A DNA stretch of 64,000 bases from an uncultured delta proteobacterium (GTDB taxonomy: Bacteria; Desulfobacterota; RBG-13-43-22): contig CAWJJC010000012.1 in the NCBI GenBank assembly GCA_963843145.1, positions 64,001 through 128,000 of the forward strand, read 5' to 3'. The stretch's first letter is position 1. Each line of letters starts with the position of its first letter. The position numbers were made by a program, and so were the translations under genes. The notes below the pieces were generated by a model. That model was not told where the DNA came from, did not search any database, and saw only the letters and a list, made by a program, of their open reading frames with translations. Positions 1-9,321 of the stretch are shown piece after piece.

Positions 1-1
1 C

Positions 2-139
2 GACAATAAACGGGTGGTCCAGGTTTACGATTATGTGGATAAAAAAGTCCCGATGCTGATGCGGATGTACAACAAGCGGCTGATCGGCTATAAGGCCCTC
101 GGCTATAAAATGGAAAAACCAAGTGGCCGGCAAGTTTAA
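2..139 (+). CDS. C-terminal end of DEAD/DEAH-box (SF2) helicase, truncated by window start
   Basis: Frame 2 reads DNKRVVQVYDYVDKKVPMLMRMYNKRLIGYKALGY...*; the VYDYVD..PML.RM..KR..GY tail is typical of this helicase family. Confidence 0.65.
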   Translation, partial: DNKRVVQVYDYVDKKVPMLMRMYNKRLIGYKALGYKMEKPSGRQV

Positions 140-158
140 ATGATTGCATAGACCAGGG

Positions 159-187
159 TTGATAGATTCTGCCTTTATAGATATAAT
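159..187 (+). promoter_or_regulatory. sigma70-type promoter upstream of hgcA
   Basis: TTGATA (159-164), 17 nt spacer, TATAAT (182-187); followed by GAAGAGG (194-200). Confidence 0.6.
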
Positions 188-211
188 TATTCTGAAGAGG
201 CAATTATTCCC

Positions 212-1339
212 TTGGAACAACTACCAACACTAACTCCGGTTTCCGCACCGACTTCCTGCTGACCCTCCAAGGCCCCGGCTCAGGTGAGCCCGCCCCGGAT
301 GGATCAGCCGTTTGTGATCGGCCGGATCAATACCCTCAGCGGTGAGGTGCCGCAGGTTTCATCCGATCTGACCTCGGCCGATCGCTGGGGCGCGGTCAAG
401 GCCCGCTGGGGGGTGGGGCGGATGCATTTCACCGTCGATCCCGGGCTGTATGCCCTGGGAAATCCCAATGGAGAATCTCCGGTCCTGGTTACCGCCAATT
501 ACAAAATGAGCTTCGACGCCCTGCGGCGGGCCTTGCCCGGTCTGGAGGCCTGGATTCTGGTTTTGGACACTAGGGGAATCAACGTCTGGTGCGCTGCCGG
601 CAAGGGCACCTTCGGCACCGGGGAACTGGTCGGGAGGATCCAGGGGAGCGGTTTAGAAAGAATCGTTAAACATCGAAAAGTAATTTTGCCGCAATTGTCC
701 GGTCCGGGTGTGGCCGGTCATCAGGTGAAAAAAATGTCAGGCTTTCAGGCAGTCTTCGGACCCGTCCGGGCCCAAGACCTGCCCGCCTATCTTTCGGCCG
801 GCTGCCGGGCTACCCCCGAAATGCGCCGCAAGACCTTCACCCTCCGGGAACGGGCCGTCCTGATCCCCGTGGAGCTGGTGCAGGCCTTCAAGCCGGCCTT
901 GCTGGTCATGCTGGCTTTTTTCCTGCTAAGCGGTTTCGGTGGAACGGGCGGATATGGAACCAACCTCGGGCATCAAGGACCCTGGTCGGTCCTGGCCATT
1001 CTTTCGGCCTTGTTGACCGGCGCCGTATTGACACCCCTGCTGCTGCCCTGGGTTCCCGGCCGGGCCTTTTCACTCAAAGGCTGGATACTTGGTCTGGCTT
1101 CAGCCTGGGGCCTTATACTCTTAAGGGGGGTTTCTCTGGGAAGCGGATTTCATCCGTTGGAAGCCTTGGCCTGGCTGCTCCTTTTGCCGGCGATTTCGGC
1201 CTACCTGGCCATGAATTTTACCGGGGCCTCAACCTATACTTCTCTCTCCGGGGTCAAGAAGGAAATGCGCTGGGCCATGCCCCTGGAAATCGGTTTTGGT
1301 GCTGCCGGTTTAATCTGTTGGATATTGGCGCGATTTTAA
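212..1339 (+). CDS. hgcA: Mercury methylation corrinoid protein HgcA, probable selenoprotein form (Sec at 260-262)
   Basis: Cap-helix motif GINVWCAAGK, C-terminal TM helices, MNFTGASTYTSLSGV; called ORF starts at 284, but the frame extends through TGC-TGA to TTG 212 with an RBS. hgcA identity is near-certain, the extension less so. Confidence 0.93.
277..290 (+). promoter_or_regulatory. Candidate bacterial SECIS hairpin for hgcA UGA
   Basis: GGCTC-AGGT-GAGCC stem-loop starting 14 nt after the in-frame TGA; G-containing apical loop. Confidence 0.65.
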
Positions 1340-1351
1340 ATTTAAAAATTC

Positions 1352-1464
1352 ATGTCATTGCGAGGAGCGAAACGACGAAGCAATCCCCGAGTCAGCTTAT
1401 GGCGTTCCCTAAGCTCGCCATGGAGATTGCTTCCCCCGGATCGAGTCCGGGGTCGCAATGACAT
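1352..1464. repeat. Palindromic REP/RPE-like element (GTCATTGCGA...TCGCAATGAC) between hgcA and hgcB
   Basis: 12-bp terminal IR ATGTCATTGCGA/TCGCAATGACAT, inner GAAGCAATC/GATTGCTTC; related copy at 42995-43104. Confidence 0.85.
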
Positions 1465-1498
1465 AGGTGATTTATTCTCGGATTAAGGGTGAGACTTT

Positions 1499-1837
1499 AT
1501 GGCGGAATTGATTTATCTCAAAAATGTGGTGACCCTGCGACTGGACCCGGAAAAATGTACCGGCTGCGGGACCTGCCTGGAGGTCTGCCCTCGACAGGTA
1601 TTTTCTTTGAACGGGAAGAAGGTCCGGATTGCCAACCGGGATGCCTGTATGGAATGCGGCGCCTGCGCCCTGAATTGCCCTTTTGAAGCCTTGGCGGTCG
1701 AAGCCGGAGTAGGTTGCGCGGCCGCCGTGATCAATTCCGCCCTGGGCCGGACCGGCGATTCCTGCTGCTGCGTTATAGAACCCAAGAAATCCGGATCCAC
1801 TCAGGGGACGGAAACACAAAAACCTTCCTGCTGTTGA
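1499..1837 (+). CDS. hgcB: Mercury methylation ferredoxin HgcB
   Basis: Two CxxCxxCxxxCP motifs incl. CMECGAC, GVGCA, terminal CC; directly downstream of hgcA. Confidence 0.93.
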   Translation: MAELIYLKNVVTLRLDPEKCTGCGTCLEVCPRQVFSLNGKKVRIANRDACMECGACALNCPFEALAVEAGVGCAAAVINSALGRTGDSCCCVIEPKKSGSTQGTETQKPSCC

Positions 1838-1891
1838 ATCTCCATTGAACGCACCACCCAGAATAAAATGAAAAGTAATGAAGGGGGCTGA

Positions 1892-3290
1892 ATGCTGACG
1901 GTCGTTCTTTTATGTCTGAATCTGGTTTTGCTCTTGGCCGCTGTTTTTTTTACCTCCGAAAGCCTGCGGGAAAAAGAGCCCCGGGCGCCTAAATTCGGGA
2001 TCGCCGTGGTCTTTTTCCATCTGGGGTTGGCGGTACTCATTCTGACTGTCCCGCCCAGTCGACCATTCCTGGCCGTGTTCTTCGGAATCCTGGTATTCCT
2101 TTTCCTTCTTTTCCTGATACCGGGAAAATCCAACCCCCGGGCATTGAAAGGGGCCGCAGGGCATATCGTCGGTCCGGTGACCCGTTTCGACGAGCGGGAT
2201 ATCGTCTTCGCTCGTAATCGTTCCCTGCCGCCGGATTCCGCCATGTATCGACAATATTATGATCAGCATCCGGACAAGGAAGAGGTCGACGCCCGGAGGC
2301 GGGAACGGGGTGGTCCTATCGGACGTCCGGGATCCATCGACAACGGGTATCCTCCCAATGTTTCCATGATCCTGGCTTCCTTCGCCCTCCCGGGTTTCCT
2401 GGCCGGCCAGGCGCAGGTGACGCCTGATCCTGCCAAGGCTCCGGTATCGCTGAATTCGAAGGAAGCCTCCGAAATAGTCAAGGGATTTGCCCGCCATCTG
2501 GGGGCCGCGCTGGTTGGGATCTGCCGGGTAAACCCCCTCTGGGCTTATTCCCACCGGGGAGAAATTTTTGATAATAATTGGGAGGATTGGGGGAAGGAAA
2601 TCGGCCAACCACTACCCTATGCGGTAGTCATCGCCACGGAAATGGACCTGGAAAATGTGGGCGCCGGTCCTCATACGCCGGCACTGGTGGAGAGTTCGGC
2701 TAACTACGCCTTAGGAGCCTATATCACCACCATCCTGGCCCAATGGTTCGGAGGCCTCGGCTACCGGGCCGTGGCCCACCATAACCGACACTATGATTTG
2801 CTTCTGGTGCCCCTGGCCGTTGATGCCGGTCTGGGCGAACTGGGACGGCACGGCTATTTGGTGGCGGATCGCCTGGGTCCCCGGGTTCGGCTGTTTGCGG
2901 TGACTACGGATTTGCCCCTGCAGCCGGACCTTCCCCGCGATAAGGGGATCGAGGCCTTCTGCCGGGCATGTAAGAAGTGCGCCACCGCCTGTCCGTCCCG
3001 GTCGATCCCCCTGGAAGGGATGACCGTTCAAAACGGGCTGGAGCGGTGGAAGCTCCAGGAAGAGACCTGCTTTGAATACTGGGGCAAGGTCGGCACCGAT
3101 TGCTCGGTCTGTATGGGGATCTGCCCCTTCTCGCGACCCAACCGCTCTGTCCATAAGATCGTCAAATGGTTGCTGCCTCGGTCCTGGCTGGCCCAGACGG
3201 ATTCTGCCCCATCTGGATAATTGGGTGTATGGCCGGAAATGGAAACCCAGAGCGGTGGCGCCCTGGGTGCAATATTCATCTGCCCGATAA
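1892..3290 (+). CDS. Reductive dehalogenase-like (RdhA/QueG superfamily) corrinoid/FeS protein with N-terminal TM helices; frameshift near 3197
   Basis: FDERDIVFAR, GLGELGRHG, FCRACKKCATACP, CSVCMGICP; natural C-terminus (RILPHLDNWVYGRKW) lies in the shifted frame ending at 3290. Confidence 0.75.
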
Positions 3291-3314
3291 TGTTTTAGCG
3301 AAAAAAAACGGAAA

Positions 3315-3734
3315 TCAGTCCAGTTTTATTGGGTGTCCCCACAGCTCTAAAAATTCTTCGGGAGATCTTATTTTAACTCCACCATAATCCCCTTTGGGAA
3401 AATGCTTTTTATTGGCCGTTACCAGGATCTCCGCCCTGGCGGCCAGGGCTGCCTCCAGAAAAGGGTCGTCATCCGGATCAGGAAGATATATCGGCAAAGG
3501 GGCGGCGGCCACTGCCAGGCCCTCCTCCTCTATTTGGTCAAGAAAAGCGGTTACCTGGCTTTTCGAGAAACCAAATTTGGGACGGTTTAGGACATCGCGA
3601 TATTCCGCTATGGTCCGAAGGTCATAAGCGCATCGAATCCGGCCGTCCGCTGCCAGTCGCAGGATCATCGCGGATTTGCCGAAGGGCCGTAAAATTCCGG
3701 AAACGACGACATTGGAATCGAGGACAACGATCAC
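3315..3734 (-). CDS. PIN-domain toxin (VapC-like)
   Basis: VVLDSNVVVSG, DPDDDPFLEAA, LVTANKKHF; overlaps antitoxin stop. Confidence 0.85.
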   Translation of the reverse strand: MIVVLDSNVVVSGILRPFGKSAMILRLAADGRIRCAYDLRTIAEYRDVLNRPKFGFSKSQVTAFLDQIEEEGLAVAAAPLPIYLPDPDDDPFLEAALAARAEILVTANKKHFPKGDYGGVKIRSPEEFLELWGHPIKLD

Positions 3735-4015
3735 CGTTTCCGGCCTTGGCGGACGGCTTTGATTTCCGCCTCAATTTCCGATCCCGTTAAACGGTCCAAC
3801 CCCCGATCGAGCGATTGCTGCTGCATCTCTTCCAAGGCCATTAGTGCCCGACTCCGCCGGAGAGCTTGAAGAGTTTTTTCCAGCGTTTCTTCGGTAACCC
3901 CGGAAAGCAGGGCCACCGGCTTCCCGTTGGAAGTGATGACCACCTCTTCCTTCCGGATTTTTTCCCAGATTTCCCTGGGCTTGGTACTTAATTCCCGCAC
4001 CGTTATGAACTGCAT
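3731..4015 (-). CDS. Phd/YefM-family antitoxin
   Basis: FITVREL...EEVVITSNGKPVALL; upstream of PIN toxin. Confidence 0.85.
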   Translation of the reverse strand: MQFITVRELSTKPREIWEKIRKEEVVITSNGKPVALLSGVTEETLEKTLQALRRSRALMALEEMQQQSLDRGLDRLTGSEIEAEIKAVRQGRKR

Positions 4016-4046
4016 AGGATAACCTCACAAATAAATGTTAGACAAA

Positions 4047-4075
4047 ATACTATCAATATATCTGATAATTGTCAA
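4047..4075 (-). promoter_or_regulatory. sigma70 promoter of TA operon
   Basis: Minus strand TTGACA-17 nt-TAGTAT. Confidence 0.6.
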
Positions 4076-4273
4076 TCATTTATTAACTTTAATCCTCGGG
4101 AAAATGGTCTGCGATTCGGGACGAATCGTTACGTACCGAAAATGGGGGGGGGATCGTCAGAGGACTTCAGGATTGACGCTATAAGTCGGAAAAGCCTTTT
4201 TGCCGCCGACCTAGGCGGACAGCCTGGCCGGTCCTTCGGGTAATAATACTTCCTCTTGAAATTCAACGGGATA

Positions 4274-4441
4274 TTAGCGGTAGCGAGCCTCAATTTCGTC
4301 CCGTTCGTCCGGCGTCAGGGATTTCAGATAAGATTTCCAGCCGGGACACCAGCGGGTGTGCCATTTCCAAAATCTTCCTAACAGAGATTTGGGGTTGGCG
4401 TCATGCCGGGCACGGAGCCGGCAGGTTTCACAGGATTTCAT
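4274..4441 (-). CDS. Small 55-aa Cys/Trp/His protein (below ORF-track cutoff)
   Basis: MKSCETCRLRARHDANPKSLLGRFWKWHTRWCPGWKSYLKSLTPDERDEIEARYR*; RBS GGAGG just upstream. Confidence 0.75.
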   Translation of the reverse strand: MKSCETCRLRARHDANPKSLLGRFWKWHTRWCPGWKSYLKSLTPDERDEIEARYR

Positions 4442-4473
4442 TTCTCCTCCCAAGGCGAGCGGTTCGGATAATT

Positions 4474-4505
4474 GATAGACCCGGAGGGAGTCCTCCGGGT
4501 CTATC
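4474..4505. terminator. Perfect 14-bp hairpin downstream of TRAP gene
   Basis: GATAGACCCGGAGG-gagt-CCTCCGGGTCTATC. Confidence 0.55.
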
Positions 4506-4590
4506 CTCTTTGATTAGGTCGGCGGGGGGCTGAAGTGACAAAAGCCGAAGTTGTCTTTAGCTCTAGCCAAAAATTTGAAAAATTTTTGGC

Positions 4591-5610
4591 TTAGGGATTC
4601 TTCTTTAACCAATCCTGGCAGAATTTCAGCGCCTCGTCTCCCGGAAGCCCTTTAGCCTTCATTCTTTGCACGTATTCGCTGAGGATCGGCTGCACCAGTT
4701 TGGCCCAGCGTTCGTCTTCCGCTTTGGAAAGGGATATGACCTGATTGCCCTTGGCCTTGGTGGTTTCCAACCCCGCCTTGTCGAAATCGTCCCAGGCTTT
4801 GCCGGTTTTTTCAATCCACTCCTCATTTACTTTCTGAATGGTGGCCTGAACCTCCTTGGGCAGGGTGACCCATTTTTGCTTGTTCATGATTACCGCAAAG
4901 GCAATGGAGTAGGCTGAACCATAATTCAACGTGGTGGATTTGATCACTTCCGCGAATTTCCAGCCTTTTAAGGATTCGAGCGGACACATGACCCCGTCAA
5001 CCACCCCTTTTTGCAGGGAATCGTAAGTCTCCGGCATGGGCATGGCTACCGGGGTTCCTCCTAAATGGCTGACGATTTTGGCGCTGGTGCCGGTGCAGCG
5101 GATCTTCAGGCCCTTTAAATCCTCCAGTCGGGCTACCGGCTTCTTGGTGTTGAGGAGGCCCGGGCCGTGGGCGTGGAGATACATGACTTTGGTATCATCA
5201 AATTCCTTGGGTTGAAACTTTTGATAATAGGCGTTGATCAAGTGGGTGGCCTGAAGGCCGCTTTTATAGCCCAGCGGCATATCGATCACTTCCGTCAAGG
5301 GAAAACGGCCGGCCGTGTAGCTGAGGACCACAAAGGCCAGATCGGAGATGCCCTTGACCACGCCGTCATAGGCCTGATTGGCCGGGGTGAGCGTACCTCC
5401 GGGGAAATAGGTGAATTTGACCGCCCCCTGGGTCCTTTTTTCAATTTCCTTGCCCCATTCCTGGACCAAGAGGGTATGTCCATGCATCGCCGGCATGAAA
5501 ATGGAATAGGTCAGTTCCACGGGTTTACCCTGGGCGCCCGCGAAATCGGTAAAGAGGGCGCCAAACAAAAACAGCACACCTGCGATCAAACAGAACCCTT
5601 TTTTAGCCAT
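4591..5610 (-). CDS. TRAP transporter substrate-binding protein (DctP family)
   Basis: Signal peptide, FPGGTL, LEDLKGLKIR, ETYDSLQKGVVDG; no dctQM adjacent. Confidence 0.88.
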   Translation of the reverse strand: MAKKGFCLIAGVLFLFGALFTDFAGAQGKPVELTYSIFMPAMHGHTLLVQEWGKEIEKRTQGAVKFTYFPGGTLTPANQAYDGVVKGISDLAFVVLSYTAGRFPLTEVIDMPLGYKSGLQATHLINAYYQKFQPKEFDDTKVMYLHAHGPGLLNTKKPVARLEDLKGLKIRCTGTSAKIVSHLGGTPVAMPMPETYDSLQKGVVDGVMCPLESLKGWKFAEVIKSTTLNYGSAYSIAFAVIMNKQKWVTLPKEVQATIQKVNEEWIEKTGKAWDDFDKAGLETTKAKGNQVISLSKAEDERWAKLVQPILSEYVQRMKAKGLPGDEALKFCQDWLKKNP

Positions 5611-5702
5611 GATGATCCTCCTTGGTCTTTAACGGTTTTTTTGGTATCCTATCTTGAACCCGTTTTTTTTCTTTAACTGCCGAGAAGGAGATTGTAGTCC
5701 AG

Positions 5703-7806
5703 ATGACCCGAATTGTAAAGTCCGCCTGCGGAATGTGTCAGACCGGCTGTGGGATCCTGGTTCAATTGGAGGGAGCACAGTATCCAAAAGATCAGCGGAG
5801 ACCCCGACAGCCCTATCAATAAAGGACGTTTGTGCCCGAAGGGGGAGGCCTCCCTGGAATATCTTAATTCCCCCGGTCGGCTGAAAAAACCCCTGAAACG
5901 CTTAGGGCCAAGAGGCGGCGGTTCCTGGAGGGAAATTTCCTGGGATGAGGCCCTGGATACCGTAGCGGAGAACATCCTGAAAACCAAGGCCGCCTTCGGC
6001 CCGGAAGGGCTGGTCTTCATCCGTGGTTCTTTCAAGGGGGGGTATGAGGGGGCTCATCTGGCGCGGTTGGCCAATGTGCTGGGGGCGCCCAACGTGGCTT
6101 CCATGGCCCCGGTCTGCTATATCCCCAGGGTCAACGGCAATCAACTGACCTACGGGTTTGAGCCGGTGCCGGATTACGCCTTCCCGCCTGCCGCCATCCT
6201 GGTCTGGGGAGCCAATCTGGCGGAAACCCGGATCGGCGAACATCAACAGATGATGGAGGCGCTGGACCGAGGGGCCGAGTTAGTGGTGGTCGATCCCCGG
6301 CGGACCCCGCTGGCGGAGCGGGCCGCTGTCTGGCTGCAGCCCCGCCCAGGCTCCGATCTGGCTCTGGCCCTTTCCCTGATTCAGACGATCATTGAAGAGG
6401 GATGGATGGACCGGGCCTTTGTGGACCGCTGGTGTGCCGGCTTCGAAGAATTGAAGGCCCACAGCCTCCGTTTTTCTCCGGAAGCCATGGAGTCCGTAAC
6501 CTGGGTAAAACCGGATCGGGTCCGGGCGGCCGCCAAGTGCTATGCCACAGCCAAGCCCGCCATCCTGCAGGCCGGAAACGCCATCGATCACAGTCCCCAT
6601 AATGTGCAGACCGCCCGGGCCCTGGCCATTCTTCGGGCCCTGACCGGGAATTTGGGGATCCCGGGCGGGGAAGTGCCGGGTGTTTCCCCGGGAGTCCTGC
6701 CGATGGGGTCCCCGGTTTTTGATCTGCGGGAAAAACTCCCGGCGGAGATTCGGGACAAACGCCTGAACGCCCGGGACGGGCTCTTGCCGAATATTTTTTA
6801 TGCGCTGCCCCAGTCCATCGTCCGGGCGGTCCTGGAGGAAGACCCCTATCCGGTCCGCCTGGCCTATGTCCAGGGGTGCAACCCGCTGCTGACCTACCCC
6901 CAGGCGGGACGCGTCTTTCAGGCCCTGCAAAAACTGGATTTCCTGGCCGTAGCCGATTTTTTCCTGACGCCCACCGCCGCCCTGGCCGACGTAGTTCTGC
7001 CGGCGGCTTCCTATCTCGAAGTTGACGCCGTCATTGCCCCGCCCTATTACCCCGTGGTCCAGGTTCAGCAAAAAGTGGCCCAGGTGGGCGAATCCCGTTC
7101 AGACGCGGCCATTATCCGAGGGTTAGCCAAACGGTTGGGTCTGGGGGAGTTCTTTTGGGAATCCGATGAGGAGAGTCTGGACTTTATTTTGAAACCGGTC
7201 GGGCTCCTTTTCCAGGAGTTCCGGCAGCTCGGGGCGCTCAGCGGGCAGAGATCCTTCCGTCATTACGAAAAGCAGGGGTTCGCCACCCCTTCCGGGAAGG
7301 TGGAGCTTTTTTCAGGTAGATTGCAGGATTGGGGGTTTGACCCGCTGCCCGTTTATCGTCCGTTGCCGGAAACACCGGACGGGTCTCCGGAGCTGGCCGG
7401 GGAATATCCTCTGGTCCTCACCTCCTGGAAGGTGGGCGTTTTTCGTCATTCCGGGGGACGGCAGATCGATTCCCTGCGGCGATCCCATTCGGAAGCCGTG
7501 GTCTGGATGCATCCGGAAACGGCTGAAAAACTGGGAATTTCCGAGGGTGACCGAGCGGCGATCGAGACCCCCCGGGGCCGCATAGTCCAGCGGGCCGGAC
7601 TTACCGAAAAAATCCATCCCCGGGTCGTCGGGGTGGATTATGCCTGGTGGTATCCGGAGCGCGGGGTGGAATCCCTCTTTGACTGGGACCAGGCCAATGT
7701 CAACATCCTCACCGACGATCAGATCCCTTCCGCCAGCGAGATGGGCACTCCCCTGTTGAGAGGGTTCCTCTGCCGGGTTTACAAGGTGGAAGAAGAGCCT
7801 TCCTGA
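5703..7806 (+). CDS. Molybdopterin-dependent oxidoreductase (DMSO reductase family) catalytic subunit; frameshift near 5775
   Basis: ATG 5703 gives MTRIVKSACGMCQTGCGILV, joining GDPDSPINKGRLCPKG in the called frame; VVVDPR, ADVVLPAA, FATPSGKVE, MHPETA. Confidence 0.85.
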
Positions 7807-8822
7807 CCCAGACCGTATTCCCGGGCGGCCTCGATCATGGCCCGGATATTCTCCTCCGGCGTCCCTGGGGGAACGCTGCATCCGCTCATGAGAATGAATC
7901 GTTCGGTCCCGGCCTGCCGGAGACAATTCCAGGTATCTTCCTTAACCGTTTGGGTGGATCCCAAAAGAAGGGAATTCACCGGGTCGACGTTTCCCCCCAG
8001 CGTCATTCTCGGACTGTCCGCCCGGGCCGTCTTCAGATCCATGCATTGATCCAGGCTCAGTACCTCGGCTCCGGTTTGGGACATGGCCCTCAACAGGGAT
8101 GAAGTGTCTCCGCAGATATGAAGGATACAGGGCAAGTCGATATTCCGCATGATTCGCTGGAGGCGGGGAAGGACCCACTCCTCAAATAACCGGGGGGCAA
8201 TCATGGAAGCCGAAGCGGTGGGCTCGGGGATCAGCAAAAAGCGGGCCCCCTGATCCCTGAGGGCCTGAGCAAAAAGCAAAAGGAACTCCGTGACCCGATC
8301 CAGTAGGCGGTTTAGAACCGGTCGGTTTCTATAGAGCATCCGCATAATCCGATCGGTTTCGAACAGGCGGCAGGTGGAAGTCAGGGGCCCTTCAAACAGT
8401 CCGATAAAGGGGACCCGATCCTGGCCATATTCCGCCAGCAGGCGGGCAGTCTGAAGGATTTGCGGCAGTCTCCCGGAGTTTTGCGGATCCGGGAAGGCCA
8501 GGCCGTCGACCTGTTCAATCGTTTCGAGGGGGATTTGCAGCGGTTGGGCTAACGGGCCGGATTTGGTAAAATGAACCGGACAACCGAAGGCCTCGGGAAT
8601 ATGAAGGGGATCCAGATGCCCGAAGAGCCCGTCGAAGCCGAGCGTTTCCTGGGCTTTGATCTGCACTTCCGCAATCCGCTGGGGATCCCGGTAAATTTGG
8701 GTCGGCGGGTCTTTTGAATATTGGGCTGCAACCCAACCGGCGAGGAAAGGCAGTACCGGAACATGGTCTAACGGCCGGGTATGGAGGGCGTCGCCCATTC
8801 GATTGGAGGCGGAGTAAGGCAT
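7779..8822 (-). CDS. Uroporphyrinogen decarboxylase-family protein (MtaA/CmuA-like corrinoid methyltransferase)
   Basis: EAFGC, ILHICG, GGNVDP, FILMSGCSVP. Confidence 0.8.
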   Translation of the reverse strand: MPYSASNRMGDALHTRPLDHVPVLPFLAGWVAAQYSKDPPTQIYRDPQRIAEVQIKAQETLGFDGLFGHLDPLHIPEAFGCPVHFTKSGPLAQPLQIPLETIEQVDGLAFPDPQNSGRLPQILQTARLLAEYGQDRVPFIGLFEGPLTSTCRLFETDRIMRMLYRNRPVLNRLLDRVTEFLLLFAQALRDQGARFLLIPEPTASASMIAPRLFEEWVLPRLQRIMRNIDLPCILHICGDTSSLLRAMSQTGAEVLSLDQCMDLKTARADSPRMTLGGNVDPVNSLLLGSTQTVKEDTWNCLRQAGTERFILMSGCSVPPGTPEENIRAMIEAAREYGLGQEGSSSTL

Positions 8823-8909
8823 CTTTGGAAAAAAGAAAACTATTCCACGGGCTTTCTTTTAAAGTTAAAAAAGCGGCCGAGTTTCAAGTGAGGGGAGGAG
8901 CAGCCGGAA

Positions 8910-9173
8910 TTATTTTTTAACCGGCGGCCTCTTCTTCTTCATCGGTGTGTTGCAGCACACCAAGTCCATGGTGGCGCAGCCGCAATCGTCCACTACGGAA
9001 ACCACCAGCCCACAGGCTTGGCAACCATATTTGGCCCCTTTGCGGGTAGCGGCTTTCTTAGCGGGTTTGACGACCTTTACGGTTTTGACCGGTTTCGCGG
9101 CTTTAGCAGGTGCCGCTTTCTTGGCTGGGGCTTTGAGGGCTTTCTTGGTTGGGGCTTTCTTGGCAACGGCCAT
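8910..9173 (-). CDS. Small protein: Lys/Ala/Pro-rich histone-like N-terminus plus desulforedoxin-like metal-binding domain
   Basis: AKKAP repeats then KYGCQACGLVVSVVDDCGC..LVCCNTPM; RBS AGGAGG. Confidence 0.7.
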   Translation of the reverse strand: MAVAKKAPTKKALKAPAKKAAPAKAAKPVKTVKVVKPAKKAATRKGAKYGCQACGLVVSVVDDCGCATMDLVCCNTPMKKKRPPVKK

Positions 9174-9321
9174 GGTTTCTACCTCCTGATAAAGTTTTTT
9201 TGGTTTCGGTCCGGGCGGTAATACCGAAGGGACCGGCCTATTTTTATAAGATTAAATAGGAACCCCGGGTTTTGTCAATTAGAAAGTTGAAAATAGAAGA
9301 CGAAGCCTATAAAATAATTGA

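Noticed and set aside
1835-1837. TGA after terminal CC of HgcB as Sec
   Set aside because: CC is the normal HgcB terminus and no convincing downstream hairpin was seen
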